From positions 752,521 through 816,520 of the forward strand of contig NC_069005.1 of NCBI RefSeq assembly GCF_001194135.2: a stretch of DNA of 64,000 nucleotides. Direction: 5' to 3'. Source of the DNA: Octopus bimaculoides. Its lineage: Eukaryota. The notes under the pieces were generated by a model. It was not told where the DNA came from. It saw only the letters and a program-made list of their open reading frames with translations, and ran no database searches. This document shows, piece after piece, positions 24,301 to 35,735 of the stretch (position 1 is its first letter; each line of letters begins with the position of its first letter). A program made the translations under genes and the position numbers.

Positions 24301-26285
24301 AATGCTAACCTTTGATGAGTCAAGAGCAAGCTTTGTTTACAGGAGTAAGTTTTAATCACAAAACGCAAACACTAGTTTGAAGGAATTAAGTTTCCTTCTA
24401 TGGTAATGTAATAAGATCCAACCCACTGACACAAACTCAATAGCAAATACACACACACACACACACGAGAGAAATGCAAACATCTTGTTCTCATTGAAGC
24501 ATTTTTTGGATCTCTATTGTCAGATTCTGAATTCTATTTATGCAAAGTTAACCCCATTTTAACGTTGGAGCTCTCAAAGTTGACACTAATGATAGTGTCT
24601 GATTTTGTTTTCTTTTTATTTTATGAAATCAACTGAAGATATAAATATATTGAGATGAAAATGATATTTTGCGAGCGAAAATTCACAAATATGTGTGAGC
24701 AACTTGTGTCAGTGTAGTTGAGAAAAATGTAGGAAAATGCAAAGAAATGAAATAAAAAAGTTGGTTGACAGGTAGAGGAGGACATTGTCAAAAGGAGAAT
24801 GAGAAAAGAAAACAATGGAGATAGATAATATTTGTCTTTATTGTTTAGGGGGGGGGGGATAAAGGAAAACAAATATAATAGGAAGGAGTGAAATTGAAGG
24901 ACGCTGACCTATACGACTAAACGAACAACCGGGGGTCGTCACGTCATTCGGGGTTTTCTTAATCCTAATAGAAATTTGTGAAAATAATAAATAAAATGAA
25001 ATAGGAAACAATACATGAAAATTCCTCGACTTTCGTTCTGGATCAACGACACCATTGTCGTCTGCAGAGTAAATACGTTTATCTCCGTCTCTGCTCGTTG
25101 CATCAATGAAAAGATTTGAAACCTTGATGCTGGGTTTGAAGTTTGCATGTTTGCCGCTTTTACGCCTCCAAGTAAATTTTTTTTTTTTTGGAGATTATAC
25201 TTTTAAGGGCGCAGAAATCCAACTTACGCGGGGCATCGCATCAGAAGCCCTAAAATCGGCCCCCAACAAAACCAACAGTACATGTAACATATAACAAGGT
25301 TTTCCACTATCATCACAACTTCTATTAATTCTCTCTCTCTCTCTTCTTTGAACTTTCTCAATAAAGACATATAAAATAAAGGAATATATTTATTATTGCA
25401 ATTACACAAATTCTATTCAAAATGGGTTGTAACTATTATCCGGGTGGGATGGCGATTCTTCAGGTGGTCCGTTAGTGTTAATATATTTAATGCAAAGGAC
25501 AATTAAGAAGTCGGTGAATAATATTCATTTGACAAATTAATAAATGACAAAGCATCAGATTAAAATACTTTGAAATGTTTAGTTATCCTCTTTTCTCATT
25601 TCAAATTCTGCCAAGATAAATGTTGTCAAATAAAGAACTAATCAAATACTGGATCGATCGATATAATTGACTTAAACCTGTCCCATAAATTTAAGGATTT
25701 ATATCTATATTAAAGATCAATATTATTTTCATGTAAAAACATATTTTTTTCTTTAAAATGAACCTGTCTGAGTCTATGTGAAGCAATCAATGTTTTCTAC
25801 ATCAGTAAATACTCGAATATTAAAGAAAACATGAAAATGTGTTGTGTTTGTACTGTTAAAAACACTCAGCCCATACGTTAACGTGTAAAGAGGATAGAAA
25901 AAGATGTTAAACCATGTACATTGGAGCCACGCAAAATATAAGCAGATATTTACCATTGAGTCCAGGGTGGGTTCGAGTTATCGAGGACCTGGTGCCATTT
26001 TTTATGCCAGATTAAATCTTCGGCCGCTTTAGCCCAGAATGTGGTTGGATCTTGCAGGGCTTGCCGAAAGCTTTCTTCGTGTGTGTCAATGTAACCAGGT
26101 GGAGAGGAATGGAGTAAACATTGACTTGTTGAATAGAATCGAAAATTAAATGGCAATAGTTTGTATTGGGGACCAGCTTTAAGAGACCGGAGTAGAGATA
26201 TTGGAGTAAGAAATCGTTTGATGAACAGGTGTGGACAGGTAAGCATCGTTCCAGCTCTGTTTAATTTGAGTGCTGTTGCAGCCAT
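7355..26285 (-). CDS. ACSS3: Acyl-CoA synthetase short-chain family member 3 (propionyl/acetyl-CoA synthetase, predicted mitochondrial), 17 coding exons, ~705 aa
   Basis: Exons 26285-25954, 21593-21449, 18085-17897, 17253-17122, (gap)16388-16259, 15323-15243, 14788-14693, 14580-14470, 14055-14012, 13222-13119, 12370-12275, 11768-11702, 10949-10868, 10478-10356, 9644-9545, 8907-8732, 7453-7355. Motifs [57 protein letters not shown]; basic, acid-poor N-terminal presequence; all visible junctions GT-AG and in phase. Confidence 0.96.
7598..7819. mobile_element. piggyBac-like MITE (TTAA|CCCTT termini)
   Basis: ttga|ccctttaagattcag ... tttaaatgctaaaggg|ttaa. Confidence 0.6.
8732..8907 (-). CDS. 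ACSS3: ACSS3 exon 16
   Basis: [47 protein letters not shown]...KEFK|GTAAGA. Confidence 0.96.
9451..9464 (+). other. Illumina adapter remnant at a contig end (assembly artefact)
   Basis: AGATCGGAAGAGCG immediately before an N gap. Confidence 0.85.
9545..9644 (-). CDS. ACSS3: ACSS3 exon 15
   Basis: [34 protein letters not shown]|GTAA. Confidence 0.95.
10356..10478 (-). CDS. ACSS3: ACSS3 exon 14
   Basis: [41 protein letters not shown]|GTAAGA. Confidence 0.96.
10868..10949 (-). CDS. ACSS3: ACSS3 exon 13
   Basis: [27 protein letters not shown]|GTGAGT. Confidence 0.95.
11702..11768 (-). CDS. ACSS3: ACSS3 exon 12
   Basis: [24 protein letters not shown]|GTAAGT. Confidence 0.9.
12275..12370 (-). 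CDS. ACSS3: ACSS3 exon 11
   Basis: [33 protein letters not shown]|GTGAAT. Confidence 0.93.
13119..13222 (-). CDS. ACSS3: ACSS3 exon 10
   Basis: [35 protein letters not shown]|GTGCGG. Confidence 0.95.
14012..14055 (-). CDS. ACSS3: ACSS3 exon 9 (44 bp)
   Basis: ctgtag|[16 protein letters not shown]|GTAAGT; fills the expected linker and restores phase 2. Confidence 0.88.
14470..14580 (-). CDS. ACSS3: ACSS3 exon 8
   Basis: [37 protein letters not shown]|GTAAGG. Confidence 0.95.
14693..14788 (-). CDS. ACSS3: ACSS3 exon 7
   Basis: [32 protein letters not shown]|GTAGGT. Confidence 0.95.
15243..15323 (-). CDS. ACSS3: ACSS3 exon 6
   Basis: [27 protein letters not shown]|GTAAGT. Confidence 0.93.
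15905..16130 (-). mobile_element. RTE-type LINE 3' UTR fragment
   Basis: High similarity to 57470-57718 (gagtttctacagctggatgcccttcctaa...gtagtgggtgctttta). Confidence 0.8.
16259..16388 (-). CDS. ACSS3: ACSS3 exon 5 (5' end lost in assembly gap)
   Basis: ...[43 protein letters not shown]|GTAGAG. Confidence 0.93.
17122..17253 (-). CDS. ACSS3: ACSS3 exon 4
   Basis: [21 protein letters not shown]...IFNRPQ|GTGAGC. Confidence 0.93.
17897..18085 (-). CDS. ACSS3: ACSS3 exon 3
   Basis: [24 protein letters not shown]...[19 protein letters not shown]|GTAAGA. Confidence 0.95.
19125..19284 (+). mobile_element. tRNA-derived CORE-type SINE followed by (TA)n
   Basis: Pol III A/B-box-like head (tggttgtggt; ggttcagtc) plus ccttgggcaagtg core; related copies at ~12885, 18362(-), 34822, 39931, 45861, 59213, 60225(-). 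Confidence 0.8.
21449..21593 (-). CDS. ACSS3: ACSS3 exon 2
   Basis: [17 protein letters not shown]...ITYSQLLDE|GTAAGC. Confidence 0.95.
22087..23681 (+). mobile_element. Truncated Gypsy-like LTR retrotransposon fragment with terminal inverted duplication (spans a gap)
   Basis: GC/CpG-rich block; pol protease-region peptide [24 protein letters not shown]...IEDKDF (23395-23598); 83-bp inverted repeat 22253-22335 / 23599-23681. Confidence 0.65.
23690..24065 (+). mobile_element. CR1/L2-superfamily LINE 3' fragment
   Basis: [33 protein letters not shown] pattern across frames. Confidence 0.65.
25954..26285 (-). CDS. ACSS3: ACSS3 exon 1 (targeting presequence + N-terminal domain)
   Basis: [12 protein letters not shown]...[30 protein letters not shown]|GTAAAT. 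Confidence 0.92.
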
Positions 26286-27789
26286 CGTGATGAAAGTAAA
26301 TCAGTTATTTCTTGAAGCATGCTAACTTCTTCAAGCGTGACCAAATCTGCTCACCTCCGCTCTGTCATGTGACCAAACCAACTGGGACATAAAAAGTGGG
26401 TGGCAATTTAGTAGAGTTCATCAGGTAAAAAAATATAGTAAATATAAATAAACAAAAATAGATATAGAAAAAAAAAAAAAGACATTTATGAGGTTAGATG
26501 AGCTGCAGATTAAATCTCTCGGTTAATGTTTAATATTTCGGGTATTTATTATCCTTGTCCCCGACGGGATCCGAACCTAAAACTCTCGCTCGTAACACGT
26601 CTTCAAAATGTTTCCAGTGCAGAGAAGGATATGATATTTTCGAGCAAAATAATGGAAAGAATTAAATGTTTTCAATAATAAAGAGAAAAAAAAAAAGACA
26701 TTGGTGGTCCTCTCACTTTTGTATTGTATAATTTATACTAAACTAGACTTATTAAAATATTTGGTAAATTAATCATAAAAAATTTTTTTAATGAGTTTTC
26801 TTTTTTCAAAATTTTAATTATTACTTGTTCTTTTTGTTTTTTTCTTCTTAATCCCGGTATTTCTGTCCTATTTTACATTGACACCATGAGAGCTTTCTTC
26901 TCTAAATAAATGAATTTAATCACACACACAAAATGACCAAATAAGGAAATTACTTTATCCAAGACACTAACTTTTTTTTGCCATATCCTGGATCAGGTCC
27001 GTCACCAGATTTTGGTGCCTTGGGGTGCTTCAGAATATTCTGGTTGGGCACTAATTTATAATAATGTTTTGAAATAAGTGTACCACTATAAATTTGTGGG
27101 TAGACCATTGAATAGTGAAGGGACAGTGCTGCCCAGTGCACCCCCTTAACGACGGGTATGTCCTGGCTTCTATTTTCTAAAACTACAAACCGTCTGTGGG
27201 ACTCGAAGTGTATGGTCCGTTCGTCGATTGTGCTACACTGAACTTTGCAAGGTCCCAGTTCAATAACGGTTTCTAACTTAGACACAAGGCCAGCAATTTT
27301 GAGACATGTTTGTAGATACCATCGACCCTGGTACTTTATTTTATCGACCACAAAAGGATGAAAGGCAAAGCTGATCTTGGCAGGATTTGAACTCAAAACG
27401 TAAAGGGCCTTAAATTAAGTAGTATTTAGTATTTGTTGAACGTTCTCACAATTCTGCCAATAATTGTTTCCAATTTAGGCACAATGTCAATAATTTTGAC
27501 ATCGATTTCAGTACCTGATTGATATTTCATTTAACCGACCCTGAGTAGATGAGAGGCAAGTTAACCTCAATGGGAGTTGAACTCAGAATAAGAACGTATA
27601 AAGCCGGAACAGATATCGCCAAGTATTTCCTTGATGTTCTAACAATTCTGCTAATAATAATAAGTGTTGAGGTGCGACGCATTCTGCTGAATGATGTGCA
27701 TTGAAAAATTCTCGTTCAGTCAGGATTGTTGGTGGTAAATAAAATGAAATTATTGTTGTTATTATTATTATTGAGTGAATCAGTCAGAT

Positions 27790-27940
27790 ATCTTAAGAAT
27801 CGGAGATTCAACAGGGATGTTCGTTGGTTCCACACTTTTTACTTTAGCAACCAGTCGTACTGCTCAAAGAATATCGGAATTGAATGTCTAGTACGTTGAC
27901 GATATCGATATTGGTGCTGATTCTCTCCAGGTATAGAACT
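27790..27940 (+). mobile_element. Decayed non-LTR RT catalytic fragment, CRE-like signature
   Basis: SEIQQGCSLV/PTLFTLA...ISELNV*YVDDI (QG motif plus YxDD, one frameshift). Confidence 0.45.
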
Positions 27941-28941
27941 TTGTCGAATAACTTATTAAATGAGAAAACAACAACAAAAAAAAACCCCACCTAGTCGAGG
28001 TGTTCAGGCGTCATCTATCGCCCGACATCATTTCTCATCCTCCTGTTTGATTGTTCCTCAGAGAAACATTTACTGATCCATGCCTTCCAATGGCTACTTT
28101 GTCAAATATACAACGTTTCCATTATTTCCCAAACAATACTTATAATGTAGAATGATATGAAGCTTTTTTATTCTTAAAAATTATCTGTTGATATCAAAAA
28201 TAATTTACCTGTAAAGAAGACGTCTTCCTTTTAAATTTGTCAATCTTTTAACTGATTTCAATCTGCTCGTAAAACAAATGTTGATAATGGTTCTTATCTG
28301 AGTAGAAACCTCTTCACAGCTGTATGATGGGAGTTTTTTGTATTCTTACAGCTGAAGAGATATTTATTTCATTTCCTTGCTTCTAAGCATCTTTCCATTC
28401 TTTTGTTTCAAATGTAACAAAGCGCATCCTTTCCTGTATTAACAGGAATTCTCATTCCTTCAGAAAGATGGACATAGTTTTCACTAAGTAGACAAATCCG
28501 AACAAAGAGGTACCTTCAAATAGAACACATCAACAAGCATGGAACATTATTTTGATGTGATCTAAAGTTGATAGTCTGTTGACGAATTGTAGTCAGCAGC
28601 TTCATAATCAAGTACTAGGACGTGCATGGGAGACATTCGGCTGCGTGGATCATCAACCTTACTTACCCAGTGGCGGATGCAGAGGGGTTGCCTGGGCAAC
28701 ACTCTTTCCAGCCGAGCCGACACCAAAAAAAATCAAGACCAAATATTTTCACATTACTTTTTCATGCGTATATGGTCTGCTACAACGAAGTTAGAATACA
28801 TAAAAATGTGTCCATTTGTTAGGAATTGCGATTCCCGCTTCGTGTAGATTCTGACTACGTTGGAATTTGTTGTGAAAAATATTTTTCCTGGGGTTTGGGA
28901 AAGCAGTTTCGGAAAATTTACATGTGACACTTTCGTTTCCT

Positions 28942-29246
28942 CATAACTTTCAGGAAAATGGGAATTTGTTTCAATGAAATTCTCTACAAATGCCTTCTGG
29001 GGTGTGTAGATTACAGTTTTAAGGAAATTTAATATGAAAAAAATAATTGTTTGCCGTGCACACATACATACTGATACACATAACATGTATCTCGATAAAA
29101 ATTGTGATGCATGTCAGTGTGTATGTGTGCGTGCCAACCATTTTTTTTTTTTCCAAATTAAATTCCAATATAATTGTAATCTACACACTCTGAAAGATAG
29201 TTCTAGAAAATTTCATTGAAAAATACCCATTTTCCTGAAAGCTATA
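28942..29246. repeat. Inverted-repeat element (arms ~76 bp)
   Basis: ctttcaggaaaatggg..tttcaatgaaatt.tcta..gtgtgtagattaca (28942-29018) versus its reverse complement at 29172-29246. Confidence 0.8.
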
Positions 29247-29294
29247 GGGGGGGGGGAGTCGACTCGTTTGAATTTCCTGAAACTCTTCCTTTGC

Positions 29295-29590
29295 AAATCT
29301 CTTCTGTTCTGCTATTCCTTTTGCGTGTAAACCTGATGCCTGGCTTCCCTTTTGGCCACCTGATATCATTCTCTGCTTCCACTTTCATTCCAGTCTTTCC
29401 AGGCCTGTCTTTTTGCGTTTATGGCACTGTCTACCTCCTTGTTCCACCACCATGTCACCCTCGGTCTAACTGGGACTCGGCACCAACCACACATTTCGTC
29501 TGTAGCTCTCAGTAGATTGTCCCACAGGAACTTCCAATTGTTCCCTGAGCTTTGTATCCCCAACTCTTCCTCCCTCTTTTGTCAGAAGCT
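29295..29590 (-). mobile_element. RTE LINE internal fragment (EN-RT linker)
   Basis: WKFLWDNLLRATDEMCGW...RVTWWWNKEVDSAINAKRQAWKDW. Confidence 0.8.
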
Positions 29591-29700
29591 TCCATTTGAA
29601 AATCTCTAAATTTTTGTGTTTCTTGGGTCTTGGAGCCTCCATACTCTTCTTTTCCAGATTAGTTTATTTCTCCAAGCCTTTCTAGCTCTAAATATATATG

Positions 29701-29740
<40 letters not shown>

Positions 29741-30946
29741 AGGAGAGGGAAAATATCTGTCAATCATGTTCAATTAATGAATGATAAAGTCTCCCTCTCC
29801 CCTAACTCTCTCTCTCTCTCTCTCTCAATCTTTCACATGTGTGTGTGTGTGTGTGTATTTGTCACCAACTTTAAAAAAAGTGCTTTTGCCAAAACCAGTC
29901 GAATTTCCCATTAAAGTTGTGCCACACCATCAAAGTTCAATGGTCTCATTCCCTGACACACTGCTGGCTTAACGAAAGAAAAAGTAAAACAATGTCGGAA
30001 TGTGAATTGAATGTAAAAAGAAGCAGAAGGACAGAGAGGGGCAACAACAGCTTGTGAGCCAAAGCTGGGTAAATTTAGGTTAAAACAACACCTGAGAACA
30101 TACAACTGTAACGTTACGGTTCACTTATTACATGGCATTCAAAATGCTATGCTGGTTACTTTCTAAACATATTTTTTTAGCCCATCGATAACACCCTCAT
30201 AAACCTTTTGTGTATATTTAAAAATAAAACGATTTTTACTTGGTAAATTTTTCTTGAGCAAATGTGTTCTCAATTTTTATTTGCAGTAAACTTTTAAAGG
30301 CAACTGACACACCGTGCAGTTAGCCATCAACCTCACAGGTCTACGAGCTTGGTTCTGATCTATGTATTTTGTGGCTTACCGTCAATAGATCAATACAGTG
30401 CATTGAAATATGAGGCGGTGGATGGGGTGGGGGTACCTATAATGTTGCTTAGACATTCCTGTCACCATCATCATCATCATCATCATTATTTAACATCTGC
30501 TTCCCAATGAAAGCACACAATACATTCTGCAAAGTTGTCAGAATTAGGAAGGGCATCCAGTTGTAGGAACGATGCCAAAGAAGACATTGAAGCATGATGT
30601 AGTCGTCCAGCTCATTAAATCTTATGAAGCCCTCCAACTCAAGCCAACCTGAAAGACAGACATTAAATGCAGTTGGCTAATCGTTTCTAACTAAATTAGA
30701 AGCCTTTAATACTTATAAATGAAATCATGGTTTCATTTCTCTGCATGTTTCAGAAATGAGGTATACTGCCACTTGACCAGCACTGAACCCTGGCTCTTAA
30801 AAACCAGTGAAAAATCATACAATTTTAATTCCATTAAAGACACAATAACAAACATCCTAACAAATGAAGGAAAACCATATTTTGACACAATGAGGTTGTG
30901 TCAATGAGATCCTGACATAATTTTACAATAAAATTATCATAAAAGT

Positions 30947-31223
30947 TTGTGTCTTGGGAGGGTCATTGCATCATTAATAATAATAATAAACACATGCACT
31001 GGTTCAATATCACTTCCATATTGTTAGTCAGTTGGTTGGATATCTAACCAACTAAATGATTGTTTGTTTAATTTGTTGGTTAAACAACCAGTCAGTTGTT
31101 AGTTTGTCAAAGTCCTTTTGTTGCTATTTTGGGACCTCATCAATGACATGCCTTCTCTCTTCAATCTTCTTTGCCTTGAGTTTTGTTTATTATTATTAAC
31201 ATAATGTCTCTCCCAAGACACAA
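30947..31223. repeat. MITE-like element with ~40-bp terminal inverted repeats
   Basis: ttgtgtcttgggag..ttaataataataaac (30947-30991) / gtttattattattaac..ctcccaagacacaa (31185-31223). Confidence 0.7.
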
Positions 31224-32079
31224 CAAAATTTCTATCAAGGCACGAATTCACATCAATAAGCTTGAAAACCAAATACAAAAATGAAATTACAATAAAAGAA
31301 TTTTTACATTTATAAAAAGTTAGAAAAATATTTATTTGCTAAATACAGTTTTTTTGTTTTTTATTATGTTTACAGCAGGGTCACAGCTCTTGAGCTGAAA
31401 CTAGATAAAAAAAAAAAAAAAATGGACTAGCTGTTTTTTCAAAGTAATGGATACAACTGTTTGTAAAGGTTAAAAAACAACATTCCAGTATATTTACAGA
31501 TGGTTTGAAACAGTTTAATAGTTTTATAAGTCACACATGTACAGAATGGTAGGGGGTGACCTTTTTTTATAAAAAAACATTTATAAACCAATTTCACTGC
31601 AATTTATTCTCTTTTCATAAAATTCCTTTTAGATTAAAAAAAAAAAAAACAACTTCCCTCTGTTCATTTATATCTCACGTAAGCCAGGATATAAAGTTAA
31701 GCACTTGGTAATGTTTCCCCAATAGAGACATCGGAGTTGAAGAAGTTAAATGGATTAAGGAATATTTAAATGACTGTAAAAAGCTTTCAAAACATGGCAA
31801 GGTACACACACACACGCAAGAAACAATTCTCCAAGTCATCTGGAAGAAAATAAAGTATGTAACATGTGTAGAATGATTCTAAACATGTTATTTAAAAATG
31901 CTCATTATATTTTATAAGAAAACTTTAATCCTCAATAAATATATTATTTAGGATTATATAATTAATCTTTATCATGAGAGTTGAGGTTGATTAGCTCTCT
32001 GGATAGGTTGTCAACCTCTAGTAGCAAGTAGCTTCTCCTGAAGCAGGAATTAAAACTCAGCACTATAAACGTATAGAAA

Positions 32080-32330
32080 GATCAGATGGAACGACCAAGT
32101 CACCAACGATGAAGTTGTGGCTTGCATGCAGACACCCAGTCTTGTCATCCTACTGCAACAACAACACCTCTGTTGGTTGGGTCATGCATGCTACCACATG
32201 CCACTAAAAGACTTGTAATAAGATGAACTGACTTCTGTAAGAGACCGCAAGTATGATTCCCATCTTTGTTTACAAAGACGTTTGAGTAACATGATGTTCC
32301 TTTATATGAATGCTGAAAGGTGAGACGACA
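32080..32330 (+). mobile_element. Old RTE/BovB-like LINE fragment
   Basis: RWNDQVTNDEVVACMQTPSLVILLQQQHLCWLGHA...YKDV. Confidence 0.65.
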
Positions 32331-33085
32331 TTGTTGGTGGTCACCCTTGCTGGAGTCTGAAACTAGACAAAAGTTTAAAAAGATGAGAGATGAAACTGAG
32401 GATTACTGCGGAGGAAATGCAAATTCAACAAAAAAAAAAGAAAAAAACAGCAGAGCAATACTTGTGGACAGGGCCTTCAAGTGTAGTAACAACAGGTGAG
32501 ACAGCCACTCTACCCAACTTGCGGCCCCTTTCATTAACAGAGGCCTACTACTGCTGTCAACTACAGCTTGGCAATAATCAGAAGAAAATAAAATACAACA
32601 CTGTGTGATCTTTATAAGAGAAACACTGGGAACTTCCAGAACTGATATTATGAAATAATCAAGTCATTTACTTCACTTTATTTTACCTTTTGTTTCAGCC
32701 TAACGAGATGGACTTTTCAAAGTGATTGAAACTGGTGGCTGCATACATAGTTGGAAATGTACTTCCTTACTTTTGTCTATGACAAAATTCTCAAAGCATT
32801 TTCTTTTTCTTGGGAAGAGTTATGCAACAAACAACAGGGGTCCTAGAACTGATCCCATCTCATAGGGTGAAGAATGCTGCTCTAGAACCGATGATGTTGA
32901 CGATGTAATTTTAAAATAAGTGGAGGGCATGATTATAAACTCAGTCAAATATTTTATATCAATTTATCCCTATAAAGTGCTAACGCTGAAGCTTTGGCAG
33001 TCATACAAAATCCTTTTGAGCTCATCCCAATTACGGCTTACTTTAGATAAGTTGTAAGAGTTACCTACCTTAGGTCAATGTTTTG

Positions 33086-33170
33086 CTAAGAGGGATTATT
33101 CGAATTGGGCAGCTGTACGTAGAGGGAGTCCTTACAGCGAAGATATTCATTGAGACGGAGAATACCATAA
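33086..33170 (-). CDS. ETNK1: ETNK exon 8 (terminal)
   Basis: ttgcag|T YGILRLNEYLRCKDSLYVQLPNSNNPS-TAG. Confidence 0.92.
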
Positions 33171-35686
33171 CTGCAACAGACAAAATACATTAGTATACCG
33201 TTCAGTGTTATTAGTTATCATTAATTGTATGACTAATCAATATTACTAATTAGTTAAAACCAAGACATTGCTGCATAAATGAACTTACAGCTGAAGGGTT
33301 GTTAATTTATGAAGCTATTTTGTATCTCTGAAGTTTCAACAACAAGGAACAAATGTTCAGATTTGGGTTGGATTTTAGGGTGGTGCAATTAAAAACAAGT
33401 TTGTAAATAATTGGTTGAGTGAACCATGTGATACGGACCTGAGGAAATCAAATTCTATGACAGAATTATATGCTTGGATTAGAGACCAAATACCCCAGAA
33501 GAAATGGGAAGCCTGCAAAATAAATAGAAAAAAATGAATACACACATACATATACATACATACATGTGTGTGTGTGTGTATGTATGTATATATATACACA
33601 CACTGTTTGCAATAAGTTCCTTATAATCATAATCAATAGCAGAGCAAAACCCCATTTTTGGATTTGGGACCCATACCAGTGCTGATCAAGTGTAAAACAA
33701 ATAATCCAGCATAGCCTTATGGCCTTAATCTAGCTTCTCCACATTTGTCACTCTTGCAGGATTTGATGAGATTAAGTCTGAAATATTGACGAATACTTAC
33801 TGCAAAAAATTTGTTAACCCAGATATACATGTGTCTGACTTCTTCATCAGTGACAGCATCGGTTTTAGAACCTTCTGGAGAGGCCATTTTCTTGTAGAGT
33901 TCTAGGTAGTTCTTTATCCATTTCAGTTGATATGCTTCATTTGGACAACGAGAGAAATCAGCTTCATCGACACCTATAAAAAAGAAATACAACATGTTAA
34001 TACTGATGATGCTGATGTAAAGGATGATGACAATATATGTTGATGACAGAACGTTAATTAAAATATATGTTGATGAGTGTTAATTACCAGCATATTCACA
34101 GAAATGGTTGGCAATGTCATAGGCGACGTAGTTCTCATTGGTGTATTCAAAATCTATAAAAGAAACTGAATCTGAAAAATTAAAAGAAAATATAATGTAA
34201 GAATAACAGCCAGAGACAGCTAACGAACAGGAAAAGCTCATTAAGCAAAATTTTGTATAATAAACAAGGATATAAATACATACACACAGCTATATAATTG
34301 TGTGTGTAGCGATATATATGTGTCATCATCATCATCATCATTTAATGTCCACTTTCCATGGGTTGGACGGTTTCATTGAAAACCGGTAAGCTGGAGGACT
34401 GCACAAGGTTCCAGTCTGATTTGGCATGCCCTTCCTAATGCCAACCACTTTGAGAGTATAATGGGTGCATTTATGTGCCACGACTACAACTACGATTTCA
34501 GTTTGCTTGACAAGTCTTCTCAGCACAGCATCACCAAAGGTCTCTGTTACTCGTCATCACCTCCGTGAGGACCAACATTTGAAGGATCATGCTACTGGCA
34601 ACAGCCACGAACTATGATTCCACTTGACAAGTCTTCTCAAGCACAGCATATCACCAAAGGTCTTGTTCTGCACTCTTACCAATATATGTCTATGTCTATA
34701 AAAGAGGATCTCTCAGGGTAAATACCACAGGAACATGGCATTCTAATAATACATTCATTTCAAGTAGGACAAGATGATTGCCACATATATATATATATGT
34801 ATGTATGTATGTATGTATATAGGCATAGGTGTGGCTGTGTGGTTAAGGAGCTTGCTTCCTAACCATGTGGTTCAATCCCAGTGCATGGGACCTTGGGCAA
34901 GTGTTTTCTGACATAGCCCCCAGTCAATAGGTCAATCAATGCCTTCTGATTGAATTTAGTACACAGAAACCGAAAAACAGCCCATTGTGTGTGTGTGTGT
35001 GTATACATACATATGTATGTATGTATATGTATATCTACAAACAGTCACTTCATGATGAGATATGACACAGAAAACTTCAAACTGTTGGCTGTTATTTTTT
35101 AAGTCATTCATGCATATAATTTGACTGACTGAACAAAAGGAGAATGTTTGATCCTTTTTTGTTTGTTTGTTTGTTTGCATGTATATATGTGTGCATGTAT
35201 GTGTACATATACACATATACATACATATATATACATATACATACAAACATACACACACACACAAACTCATATATATATATATAGAACTATAGAATGAGGA
35301 GGTAATTTATTTAACCACATGGCATCCACAGTATTATATTTATTTAATCATGTGGTATCCACAGTATTATGGCCATTTCACAATGTTCTCTCTGTTCTTG
35401 ACGTATGGTTCTCAGAATCCGCATTTGATACAGCTGATAAATATATATATATATATATATATACGTATAAAAATGTTGTCAACTGTTTTGCACTTCTAGG
35501 TGCCCTTAGACACACTACCAGTCTATATGCATATACAGTAGAACCTCGGCTTTCGAAAAACTCTGATCACAAATAAATCATACTTTATCTCCTGTCTTTC
35601 TCATATTCATTTAATACAGTAGTACCTTCGTTTATGAACGCCTCTGATCACAAATAAATCGTGCTTTATATATATATATATGTATA

Positions 35687-35735
<49 letters not shown>

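Noticed and set aside
26550-26600. tRNA-like segment upstream of ACSS3, and other tRNA-like heads (19125, 42501, 62540)
   Set aside because: Only A/B-box-like remnants; no complete cloverleaf, and most continue into SINE bodies.
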